Positions 18,586-27,934 of a stretch of DNA of 64,000 nt are shown one piece after another. A model generated the notes under the pieces. The model was not told the DNA's origin, did no database searches, and worked only from the letters and a program-made list of their open reading frames with translations. Numbering within the stretch: position 1 is the first letter of the stretch; the number at the start of each line of letters is the position of its first letter. The stretch is from contig JAHEGC010000011.1 in NCBI GenBank assembly GCA_024639965.1, positions 12,263 to 76,262 on the forward strand, given 5' to 3'. The translations under genes and the position numbers were made by a program. The DNA comes from Micrococcales bacterium. Its GTDB lineage: Bacteria > Actinomycetota > Actinomycetes > Actinomycetales > Microbacteriaceae.

Positions 18586-20856
18586 GTGGCCATGACAATC
18601 CGTTCGATCGCCGCCTTTATTGCTGCCGTTGCCCTCTCGTTCATTCCGACCGCCGCACAGGCTGTCGACGACCCGACGACGGTTGCCGTGACAGTGGGCG
18701 GCATCGCACCAACGTCGATTGAACAGGACGACCAACTTGACATCGTTACCCGTGGCCCGATCGCGCAGATCGGCTCGGCGATTCACACGCTGTCCACCGC
18801 GTGGAGCACGCAGAGCCTTCATCTCAAAGGAACGGGTAAATACGACGCCGTTTCCAACCCCGACGGCATCATCGTTCCTCAGGGATGGGCGTTGCAGTAT
18901 TCGACCGATGGAACAAACTTCTCGAACGATGTGCCCAGTGACCCCGACACGATCGTGGCGGTTCGCTCCCGCGGTGACGTGAAGACCAAGGCTCGTGGAC
19001 GATTCGAGACGACGACCACCGGTGAGGAAGTAGCGACGGTCGGGTCGTTCGGTGGCACGGCAGCGGGTGACGGGTTCAACGTTGCCTTCGGCGACGGCTT
19101 TCTGCTCAACTCGTGGCATCATGACCCTTCGGCGCTCAATGTTGAATGCCATTTGATCGACGGCTCAGAGTGCGCCGATTACATCTACACAGTGAGCGGT
19201 TATCAAACCGGGCAGGCGTCGAATCTTTATTTCGATAAGACGACGGACCGCGTTTACACCTACGTTCGCGAGGTTTCGTCGGGAGATATCGGAGTGTATT
19301 GCCTGGATTATTCCGATATCGGAAACGGAAACGTCTCGAACTGCCCGACGGCGTTCACGCCACTCGTGGATCTGGCTCCGGGCGGTACAGGCTTTAGTGT
19401 TCGCGGTTCCAACACATCGCGCTACGGCAACCGAATCTGGGCGCTCGATGTAAGCCAAGGCGACCTGCTGTGTTTCGACATCACCACCAATGCTGAATGT
19501 GGTGACGGGCTCAATGGGTTCAACGTGGGTGCCGCCGGACCGACGTCCGACGGACTGACGAAGGCCCGAGTTGCGGCATGGGGTGGCAGGGTTTACTTCA
19601 CCGTCAACAACAAAATGGGCTGTTTCGACCCGACGAGCACGCCCGCGTCATTGTGTGGTGAACCCGACAGCACCCCTATCGATATTCCTGCTGCTGTATA
19701 TGACACCACGTTCAACCGACACATTCCGCTTCCCGTGAAGAACACGGATGGAACCTTTTTCGGCACGTGTGACTTGAACTCGAGACTCTGCATTGACGCG
19801 AACGGCGCCACCGTGACGATGCCGACGGGTTTGTCGAGCTACCTCGTGGCACATCCCGCAAACAACAAAATCGCGGGTCAGAACGCTCAAGATTGGGCGA
19901 TTTCGGGAACGAAGATGTATTACCCCGGACCGCAGAGTTCAGCCGGTCAGAACCCCTATGGAACCGACTGGTCGTCGACAATCATCTGTTGGGACTACGC
20001 CACCGATGCGCTGTGTTCTTCGTGGGATGATTCGCCGGCCGGCATCTATCTCCCCTACACGGCTAATGTCGACCCCGACAACCCCAGCTGCGTGTGGGTC
20101 AACCAAGACAAGGGATGGGCTCCGTATCTCCCGACATATGCGGGAAAGATCATCCCGCTCAATGCCGCGACGGGCGAAGTGGGTTGTTCGTTTGGTGACC
20201 CCGTAATCGAGCTCCCCTACTCGAGTGTTGTTCCCCGAATGAGTTGCACGGGCGACGGTCGCGTGACCGCGTGGCAGGAAATGTTGCTCGAACTCGGCAC
20301 GCTCGACAACACTGACATTTCAGTAACTGTTTATGATTCCGACGATGTCGCCATTACCGGCTGGGAAGACCTCACGCCAGCGATAGACGGGACAATTGAC
20401 ATGTCGACGCTGTCGGTGGAAGACACCGGGCTGACCCCGTCGATTCAGATCACGGGACTTGGTGATGTCGCGATCGATGAACTTCTCGATGTCACGGGTG
20501 TTGTGACGTTCGATGCGGAAGAGCCGGAGATGTGTGTGAAGCTCGTCGCGGCAACGAATTGTCCTGATGCTGAGATGAATGTTCCCGGTGTCCCCGATGT
20601 TCCTGCGGGAATCGTTGAGGGTGCCAGTGTGACGACGCCGTTAGCTGCGGGAAGTGACGTGGGGAGCAACGAGCGCGTCACGATTGCGGGAACGAACACG
20701 GGGCATTTGTGTGCGGCGAGCATTATGGGTGATGCGACGAAGACTCCTGAGTTGGCGTCGACCGGTTTTGATCCGGGCGGGCTTGCGCTGGGTGGTTTCG
20801 GTGTTCTTGCTGCCGGATTGGGTGCGGTAGCCGCATCACGCCGGCGACGCGCCTAG
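18586..20856 (+). CDS. Sortase-anchored (LAxTG) secreted surface protein with repeated Cys-pair units
   Basis: GTG 18586 or ATG 18592 follows AAGGA. Signal peptide ends ...IPTAAQA|VDD. C-terminal sorting signal is LASTG, a hydrophobic segment and RRRRA. The central region carries about 7 spaced C-x(5-15)-C units. Confidence 0.75.
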   Translation: MAMTIRSIAAFIAAVALSFIPTAAQAVDDPTTVAVTVGGIAPTSIEQDDQLDIVTRGPIAQIGSAIHTLSTAWSTQSLHLKGTGKYDAVSNPDGIIVPQGWALQYSTDGTNFSNDVPSDPDTIVAVRSRGDVKTKARGRFETTTTGEEVATVGSFGGTAAGDGFNVAFGDGFLLNSWHHDPSALNVECHLIDGSECADYIYTVSGYQTGQASNLYFDKTTDRVYTYVREVSSGDIGVYCLDYSDIGNGNVSNCPTAFTPLVDLAPGGTGFSVRGSNTSRYGNRIWALDVSQGDLLCFDITTNAECGDGLNGFNVGAAGPTSDGLTKARVAAWGGRVYFTVNNKMGCFDPTSTPASLCGEPDSTPIDIPAAVYDTTFNRHIPLPVKNTDGTFFGTCDLNSRLCIDANGATVTMPTGLSSYLVAHPANNKIAGQNAQDWAISGTKMYYPGPQSSAGQNPYGTDWSSTIICWDYATDALCSSWDDSPAGIYLPYTANVDPDNPSCVWVNQDKGWAPYLPTYAGKIIPLNAATGEVGCSFGDPVIELPYSSVVPRMSCTGDGRVTAWQEMLLELGTLDNTDISVTVYDSDDVAITGWEDLTPAIDGTIDMSTLSVEDTGLTPSIQITGLGDVAIDELLDVTGVVTFDAEEPEMCVKLVAATNCPDAEMNVPGVPDVPAGIVEGASVTTPLAAGSDVGSNERVTIAGTNTGHLCAASIMGDATKTPELASTGFDPGGLALGGFGVLAAGLGAVAASRRRRA

Positions 20857-21239
20857 GCCTTGTAGGAATCGACCTCGATCTCGACGAGCATGTCGGGGTT
20901 GATGAAGACGAGGCCGGCGAGCATGGTCGCGGCGGGCTTGATGCCGCCGAACACTTCGCCGTGCGCGCGACCAACAGCATCCATGTCGGCTGAGTCTCGC
21001 AAATACATTCGTGTGCGCACCACATCGTCGAGAGAATGTCCCGCGTCGGTGAGCGCCTTCGCAATTACCCCGAGAGCCACTTTGGTCTGCCCGTAGGCGT
21101 CACCCGCGTGCTGGAGCTCACCGTCGATTGTGGCCGTCGAACCCGAAACGTGTACGTACGGGCCGGCGACAACAGCACGGGAGTATCCGATAATGTCCTC
21201 CCAGGGTCCACCGGAGGAGATTCGTCGATCCGCTGACAT
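20853..21239 (-). CDS. RidA/YjgF family protein
   Basis: 128 aa with typical RidA-family sequence (YSRAVVAGPYVHVSG...RTRMYL...EIEVD). Confidence 0.85.
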   Translation of the reverse strand: MSADRRISSGGPWEDIIGYSRAVVAGPYVHVSGSTATIDGELQHAGDAYGQTKVALGVIAKALTDAGHSLDDVVRTRMYLRDSADMDAVGRAHGEVFGGIKPAATMLAGLVFINPDMLVEIEVDSYKA

Positions 21240-21295
21240 GGTTATTCTCTTTCCATTCGGTCTACCCGTTGTGAAGTGGCTAGGGTGAATCCATT

Positions 21296-22693
21296 ATGGT
21301 TCACGAAGTCGTGGAGCGTGCCCGACGAGCACAGCGAGAGTGGTCTCGCGTATCCGTGAGTGAGCGCGCCGCGGTGATGCGTCGGTTGTCACGACTGATT
21401 TACCAACGCCAAGACGAAATCCTCGACACGATTCAGCGCGAAACCTCGAAGAACCGTGTCAGTGCCTTCGAGGAAGTCGCGGATTCCGCCCAGCTCGCGA
21501 ACTTCTACGGACGTCACGGCGCACGCCTCCTGCGACCACGCCGCCGCCGAGGCCTGCTTCCCGTTGTGACCAAGACCGTGGAACATCGCCGCCCGGTGGG
21601 AGTCGTTGCGGTCATTACCCCGTGGAACTATCCCTTCACCCTCCCCGCGACGGATGCTATTCCCGCCCTCCTCGCGGGCAACGCCGTGGTGCTTGTCCCC
21701 GACGCACTCACCAGTGCAACCGCCGATCTCGTCGTCGAACTTTTCCGTTCGGCCGGCATCCCCGACGGCGTGATCGACGTGGTGCATGGAGGTGGGCACG
21801 TCCACGGAGACGCGATCGTCGACGCGGTCGATTATGTGACATTCACTGGATCGACCGAAACGGGCCGACACGTCGCAACTCGAGCGGCACGCCGGTTGAT
21901 CGGTTTTTCTGGCGAACTGGGCGGAAAGAATCCGATGTTGGTCTTGGGCGACGCCGACGTGTCCCGAGCGGCCCGCGGCGCAGTGCGCTCCTGTTTTTCC
22001 AATTCCGGCCAGCTGTGCGTGAGCGTCGAGCGAATTTATGTTGTCGGTCGAAACTTTGAGCGATTCGTCGACGAATTCGCCGCGCACACCCGCGCAATGG
22101 TTTTGGGAAGCGGACCTGACTGGGCAATTGACATGGGGCCGCTCATCAGCGAATCTCACGCCGATCGAGTCATGGCGCATATCGATGACGCGGTATCCCA
22201 CGGTGCTACGGTCGTCGTGGGCGGACGCCGCCGTCCCGATCTTGCACCGACGTTCATCGAACCGACAATCCTGACGGATTTGCCCGATTCAGCGATGTCT
22301 TTTCGCAGCGAGACTTTCGGACCGGTGGTTGCTGTTTTCCCGGTAGCCGACGACGATGAGGCGTTCGCCCGAGCAAACGATTCCGAATTCGGGCTCAACG
22401 CGAGTGTGTGGACGCGGCATCCCAGCCGTATAGGTGCGCGACTTGATGCGGGAACAGTCACGATCAACGAAGGTTATTCGTCGAGTTGGGCATCACACGG
22501 TGCGCCGATGGGCGGTGTCAAACAATCGGGAATGGGGAGGCGTCACGGCGCCGAAGGGATTCTCAACTACACCGAGGCGCAGACGATTGCCGAGCAACGT
22601 GTGTTCGGAATTGCGCCTTTCCCGGGACAATCGAATCGCGGATTCGCCACCCTCATCGCCCGCGTCTTCGCCGCTCTCAATCGAATGCGGTGA
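21296..22693 (+). CDS. Aldehyde dehydrogenase family protein (short N-terminus, class-3-like architecture)
   Basis: Motifs ITPWNYPF, GELGGKNP and the catalytic Cys in NSGQLCVSVERIYV. An in-frame TAG at 21281 limits the N-terminus. Confidence 0.85.
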   Translation: MVHEVVERARRAQREWSRVSVSERAAVMRRLSRLIYQRQDEILDTIQRETSKNRVSAFEEVADSAQLANFYGRHGARLLRPRRRRGLLPVVTKTVEHRRPVGVVAVITPWNYPFTLPATDAIPALLAGNAVVLVPDALTSATADLVVELFRSAGIPDGVIDVVHGGGHVHGDAIVDAVDYVTFTGSTETGRHVATRAARRLIGFSGELGGKNPMLVLGDADVSRAARGAVRSCFSNSGQLCVSVERIYVVGRNFERFVDEFAAHTRAMVLGSGPDWAIDMGPLISESHADRVMAHIDDAVSHGATVVVGGRRRPDLAPTFIEPTILTDLPDSAMSFRSETFGPVVAVFPVADDDEAFARANDSEFGLNASVWTRHPSRIGARLDAGTVTINEGYSSSWASHGAPMGGVKQSGMGRRHGAEGILNYTEAQTIAEQRVFGIAPFPGQSNRGFATLIARVFAALNRMR

Positions 22694-22826
22694 ACTCGTC
22701 CCAACGCACGCCGCGCGACCCACGGTGTCTCGCCATCCGCATCAACGGGGACTCCACACGTGATGAGACAGTCGCGATAGGCTTGCGAGACAAGCTTTCT
22801 CTAAGCCCGATTGAGAAGAATGTGGC

Positions 22827-23900
22827 ATGACATCGATTTCCGTTCAAGTGATGAAGCCGGTACTCCCCGCGCTCGATGTCGTGACCCCTTATCTCGCCGA
22901 AGTCTACGAATCGGGTATCTTCTCTAACCACGGTCCCAAGGTTCGCGCCCTCGAGGAGCGCTACGCGACGTGGTTCAACGTGTCACCCGAGCAGGTCGTC
23001 GCGATCTCTAACGGAACTGTGGCCATCGCGGCCGCCGCGCTCTGGGAAGACAACCCCACATACCTCATCCCCGAATGGACTTTTCCCGCCACCGCGATGG
23101 GTCCTCTCGAGGTCGGTGCGACCATCGAGTTCCGCGACGTTCACCCGACCGAGTGGACACTCACCGTCACGGATGACGATCGCCGCAACGCCAATTCTGT
23201 TGTTCCCGTGGTCGTCGCACCGTTTGGACATCCGATCGACCTTGCAGAGTGGTCCGATTTCCCCCGCGGAATCGTCGATGCGGCGGCGTGCGCGGGTAAC
23301 CGACCCGACCTCTCCGGCATGGGGCCGGGGTGGAGCGCAACCATCTCACTGCACGCCACCAAGGTGCTCGGGTGCGGTGAGGGTGGCCTCGTGATTTTCG
23401 GAGATGTCGCCCGCGCGAAGATCGCCCGGGAATGGATCAACTTCGGTTTCTCCGGCACACGCGTGACGAACCGCGTCGGTACGAACGGGAAGATGTCGGA
23501 GTTCGCCGCATCGTTCGCGCTCGCGGCACTCGACGGAGCCGAGACCGAGCTCGCCGAATGGAAGTCGGTGCGCGAGCGCGCCACCGCAATCAACACCGAA
23601 CTCGGGTTCAACGGCGGACCGATGCCCGCCGACAGCCGCATCCCCTACTGGCTCGTCGCGGTGGACACTGCAGATGAGGCGGCACGCGTTGCCGAGTCGC
23701 TCGACGCAGCGGGAATCCAGACGCGCAAATGGTGGCCGGCGGCACTGACCTCGACGAAGCCGTTCCACGACATGACCACATCGGGCAACGCGGTGGCGAC
23801 CCACCTGGCGGACACCGTGCTGGGACTTCCGATGTTCCGCGAATTGTCGGACGCGCAGTTCGGTCACATCCGCACCACGCTCGCCGACCTTCGGAAGTAG
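22827..23900 (+). CDS. DegT/DnrJ/EryC1/StrS-family PLP-dependent (sugar) aminotransferase
   Basis: PLP Asp in IVDAAACAG, Schiff-base Lys in SLHATKVLGCGEGG, and family-typical length. Confidence 0.85.
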   Translation: MTSISVQVMKPVLPALDVVTPYLAEVYESGIFSNHGPKVRALEERYATWFNVSPEQVVAISNGTVAIAAAALWEDNPTYLIPEWTFPATAMGPLEVGATIEFRDVHPTEWTLTVTDDDRRNANSVVPVVVAPFGHPIDLAEWSDFPRGIVDAAACAGNRPDLSGMGPGWSATISLHATKVLGCGEGGLVIFGDVARAKIAREWINFGFSGTRVTNRVGTNGKMSEFAASFALAALDGAETELAEWKSVRERATAINTELGFNGGPMPADSRIPYWLVAVDTADEAARVAESLDAAGIQTRKWWPAALTSTKPFHDMTTSGNAVATHLADTVLGLPMFRELSDAQFGHIRTTLADLRK

Positions 23901-23907
23901 TTCGCCG

Positions 23908-24792
23908 GTGAGCCCCATTTTCCTTCTCGGATCACCGCGCTCGGGAACGACACTCCTTCGCTTGCTCCTCTCCGCGCACCCCGACCTCGTCATCGCCCCC
24001 GAATCGTCGTTCCTCACCTGGTTTCTCCCGACCTACGGTGATTGGACCGAAGCCGACTGCGACTCCCCTCGCCAAGAGGCGTTCGTCGCCGACTTGATGG
24101 AGGCGCGCAAGTTCGAGACGTGGGGCATCGGGGCACAGGAAATCGCAGCTCGCATCGCGTCCGACCGCCCGGTCTCTTATCGCGAGCTCGTCACAATCCC
24201 GTACCTGCTCTATTGCGACAGGGTCGGCAAGCCCAACGCCCGTTGGGGAGACAAGAACAACATCCACATGGAATTTGTGACCGAGATCGACGCGTTGTTT
24301 CCGTCGTGTGTGTTCCTGCACATCGTGCGGGACGTTCGTGATTGCTTCACCTCGGGGGCGGACATCCGGAAGCTCGACAGCGATTCACCCTACAAACCGC
24401 AACTCGCCGCCGACGCGACGGAATTTGCTTCGGGGTGGGACGACCAAAACCAGAACACGCTCACGTCACTGCGCGCGCTGCCCGACACTCGCTGGGCGTC
24501 GATCCGATACGAGGATCTCGTCGTCGATGCGCGCGCAACACTGACCCCCGTGCTCGAATCGTGGGGGCTCGGCTGGAATGATGCGATGCTTGCCTTCCAC
24601 GAGGAGAATCGTGCCAAGCAGCTCGAACCCACCGAAACTTCGGATTGGAAAAAGTTGGTGTCACAACCCATCACCTCGAGCCAGGTTGGCCGGTTCAGGG
24701 AACAATTGAGTGACTCAGACATCGCCGCGCTTGAGGGTGCGGGACGGGTGACGCTGACAGAATTTGACTATCTGGGTTCGACGGAGAGATGA
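23908..24792 (+). CDS. Sulfotransferase family protein (canonical PAPS motifs)
   Basis: GTG start. 5'-PSB loop LLGSPRSGTTLL and 3'-PB VRDVRDCFTS (R-x7-S). Confidence 0.82.
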   Translation: MSPIFLLGSPRSGTTLLRLLLSAHPDLVIAPESSFLTWFLPTYGDWTEADCDSPRQEAFVADLMEARKFETWGIGAQEIAARIASDRPVSYRELVTIPYLLYCDRVGKPNARWGDKNNIHMEFVTEIDALFPSCVFLHIVRDVRDCFTSGADIRKLDSDSPYKPQLAADATEFASGWDDQNQNTLTSLRALPDTRWASIRYEDLVVDARATLTPVLESWGLGWNDAMLAFHEENRAKQLEPTETSDWKKLVSQPITSSQVGRFREQLSDSDIAALEGAGRVTLTEFDYLGSTER

Positions 24793-25940
24793 CGATGACG
24801 CACGAACTGACCACCGCACCACGCCAATTTTTGGCGGACAAGATGTTCACTGGCCGAGTTTCCGCGCCCGGTGTCGAACTGGTGTGGAAATCGGACGAAC
24901 CGATCGAGGGAGGCGTTCTCGCCTCCGACCTTGCCTTCGTCAACGGCCGTTGGCTCGACCTCGAGCACTGGCGCTATTGGATTGGCAGCAAACGGCCTCG
25001 AAACAGCACCGAACTCATGGCACCCGAGGCGGTCATCAGCGTCAAAGAAGCATTTCTCGGCCCCGACAATCAAATCGTCACCGCGGGCGGCGTCACCGTC
25101 AATTCCCGCTTCTTCGGGTCGGGATTCTTCGACAAGCCGATTCCCGCGGCCAATGTCGTCGCGGAATATTCGGGAACCCACGGGAGCGCCATGCTCAACG
25201 CGCGCAACTACGGGCACTGGCTCCTGCAACGACTCCCGCGATTTGTGACACTTCACGAGCAATTCCCCGGAGTTCCCATCCTCAACTCGGTGTGGGGCGA
25301 CCAAGGGTTGCTGGCTGTCCTCGGGATCGATGAGTCGCAGATTCGCCGGTTCCCCACCAAGGACCGTGGCGAATTCGTCTACGTCGACGAACTTCTCGTT
25401 CCCACGCATCTCTCCCGCCCCGGTCTCAAGCGCGTTCAGGACAAGCACCGGATGGAGCGCATGGTGCGCTCGTACACCGCGGGGATTTCGGACGACCCGA
25501 CCCTTCCCGAATTGCTCTATGTCGCGCGACGCCCCGACGACAAACGATCCGGTGCATCGAACAAGGACGAGTTGCAGGAGTATCTCGAATCACTGGGATT
25601 CGTTACGTGGTACCCCATTGACGATTCGATCGAACGCCAGATCCAACATTTCCGAGCAGCGCGCGTGGTGGTATCGGAAATCGGTAGCCAAGCGCTCACG
25701 TCGATGTTCGCCGGATCCGACACGACCGTCATCATTCTCACCCCGGAGAAATCGAAGGGATGGGGAACGCAGCGCCAGTTCCAGCCGAAGTGGCGCCAGT
25801 GGCAGCGCGTCGTGTGCGAGGCGAGGGGCCAGCACTACGCCCAGATCGTCGCCGCGAGCGACACCGCATACCGCGCTTTCGAGCTCGACATGACGACCGT
25901 GCGACAGGCTCTCGACACCTATCCGTTGCGCACGTGGTGA
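24789..25940 (+). CDS. Glycosyltransferase family 61 (DUF563-type)
   Basis: ATGA overlap with the sulfotransferase stop. Signature NYGHWLLQRLPR, and a C-terminal segment (ARVVVSEIGSQALTSMF) typical of GT61. Confidence 0.65.
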   Translation: MTMTHELTTAPRQFLADKMFTGRVSAPGVELVWKSDEPIEGGVLASDLAFVNGRWLDLEHWRYWIGSKRPRNSTELMAPEAVISVKEAFLGPDNQIVTAGGVTVNSRFFGSGFFDKPIPAANVVAEYSGTHGSAMLNARNYGHWLLQRLPRFVTLHEQFPGVPILNSVWGDQGLLAVLGIDESQIRRFPTKDRGEFVYVDELLVPTHLSRPGLKRVQDKHRMERMVRSYTAGISDDPTLPELLYVARRPDDKRSGASNKDELQEYLESLGFVTWYPIDDSIERQIQHFRAARVVVSEIGSQALTSMFAGSDTTVIILTPEKSKGWGTQRQFQPKWRQWQRVVCEARGQHYAQIVAASDTAYRAFELDMTTVRQALDTYPLRTW

Positions 25941-26007
25941 GCCACGGCCCAGTTTTGGGGCGCCTGCCGCAGGATGCTAGACTCGTCAAGTTGTCGCGAG
26001 ATGACGT

Positions 26008-26080
26008 GCGCCCGTAGCTCAACGGATAGAGTATCTGACTACGGATCAGACGGTTGGGGGTTCGAATCCCTCCGGGCGCG
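26008..26080 (+). tRNA. tRNA-Arg (anticodon ACG)
   Basis: Acceptor GCGCCCG/CGGGCGC, D arm AGCTCAACGGATAGAG, anticodon loop cTACGGa, T loop TTCGAAT. Confidence 0.9.
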
Positions 26081-26082
26081 CT

Positions 26083-27934
26083 CTAGATTCCCGGACGTTG
26101 TGAGCTAAGTCCCTCGTCCATTCGCTTTCGGGCGTCTCGCACGGTGGCACGGTCCGATAGTTCGGGAACACCAACCTGCCAGAATGCACCGCCTTCGGTG
26201 AAGTCGTTGGCGCGCACTTTCGTGACGATCACCGCGGTCTTGTCGGACTTACGCGCGGCGGCGAGGGCACTGGCGAACTGCGACAGACTTTCTACCTCGA
26301 ACGTTTCCGCGCCCATCGACGCGGCATGGGCGGCAAAATTGACCCGTTCGTGTGTACCTGTGCCGTTTGAGTCCGCGAGCATGTTGTTGTAGGACGCACC
26401 ACCTTGGTTCACTTGCAAGCGCTCGATGACCGCATAACCCTTCATTGTCACAAACGACGAGAATCATTTTGTGGCCGGAAAGTACGGACGCATAGATTTC
26501 AGAATTCATCATGAGGTACGAGCCATCCCCGACCATCGCGTAGACATTTCCGGATGGGCGTCCCATCGCGGCGCCCCACGCTCCCGCGATTTCATAGCCC
26601 ATGCACGAAAATCCGTATTCACAGTCGAAGGTCGCTATGCCTTTGCTCATCCAGTTGATGTTGAGTTCGCCGGGTAGTCCGCCTGCCGCTGTGAGGACGT
26701 AGTCCTCCGCTGTCGCGGATTCGTTGACCAACCCCACCAATTGCCCGTAACTGGGAGGCCAAGCCCCGTCGTCGGCGATTCGGGAGTTGACGAATTCGGC
26801 CAGATTCTCCCGCTGCTGGGCGGAACGCGAAGTCCACGCTGGATCGGCACTCCACTCACCGAGCGAAGAGCTCAATTCTTTGAGGGACTCCCGCGCATCC
26901 CCGACGACGGGGAGGGACCGGTGCTTGTGGGCATCGAATCGTGCTGCATTGATTCCAATTATCTGTGCATCGTGCGCGAAGAGAGTCCATGACCCCGTGG
27001 TGAAGTCTTCAAGTCGCGAGCCTACGGCGACCACAACATCGGCCTCGGCGACGACGGTGTTCGCCGCGGCGGCACCGGTCACGCCAAGGGGACCGGAATA
27101 CCGGGGGTGGCTCGCGAGCATCGAGGACTTGCCAGCGACGGTCTCGACAACCGGGATGCCGTGCTTCTCGGCAAAGGTCGCGAGTTCAGATTCGGCGAGC
27201 GAATAGTGAACACCTCCGCCTGCAATGATCACCGGCCGCTTCGCGTCGCGAAGTGCGTCCATCGCGCGCGCGAGTTGGCCTTGGTCAGCGCGGGGCCGCG
27301 GTCGTTCATGTACCGTTACCGCGAAGAACTCTTCGGGGTAGTCAAAAGCATCGGCGGCGATGTCCTGCGGGAGCCCGATGAATGCAGGCCCGCAATCTCC
27401 GGGGTCGAGCATCGTGGCGACCGCCTGCGGCAACGAACTGAGAAGCTGTGCGGGGTGGGTGATGCGATCCCAGTAGCGCACAACAGGGTGAAACGCGTCG
27501 TTCACGGTGATGGAGGGGACACCGAAGTGTTCGACCTGCTGAAGGACGGGATCCGGAAGCCGGGAGACGAAGGTGTCTCCTGCAATGAAGAGCACGGGAA
27601 GGCGATTCGCCATCGCTACCCCTGCCGCGGTGACCATGTTGGTCGCCCCTGGTCCGATAGACGAGGTGCAGACCATGATTTGTTGCCGCCGCGTCGCTTT
27701 CGCAAACGCTGCTGCCGCGAGACCCATCCCCTGCTCGTTCTGGCCACGCCAGACCGGAAGCTCCTCGCGATGCGTTTCCAATGAGTGTCCGAGACTGGTG
27801 ACGTTCCCGTGGCCAAAGATTCCGTAAACTCCCGGGAAAAGTGGAACGGTCACGCCGTCAACGACGGTTCGCTGTGCGATGAGGAATCGAACAAGAGCCT
27901 CCGCAGTCGTGAGTCGAATTGATTTATTTTTCAC
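26083..27934 (-). pseudogene. iolD: iolD, 3D-(3,5/4)-trihydroxycyclohexane-1,2-dione acylhydrolase, interrupted by a +1 frameshift
   Basis: ThDP enzyme. The N-terminal 498 codons (GTG 27934, VKNKSIRLTTAEALV...VVCDNEG) continue in another frame as ...YAVIERLQVNQGGASYNN... (ORF 26083..26451). Span is 1852 nt = 3n+1, and the junction is at the CCC run 26438..26440. Confidence 0.85.

Noticed and set aside
21284-21400. Possible 5' truncation of the aldehyde dehydrogenase at 21296, which lacks the roughly 45-aa N-terminal segment of GabD-type ALDHs
   Set aside because: An in-frame stop at 21281 and the divergent ridA gene leave no room for a longer form. Class-3-type ALDHs naturally begin at this helix, so it is probably intact.
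22781-22800. Small hairpin GCTTG-cgaga-CAAGC followed by TTTCT after the ALDH gene
   Set aside because: A 5-bp stem is too weak to call a terminator with confidence.
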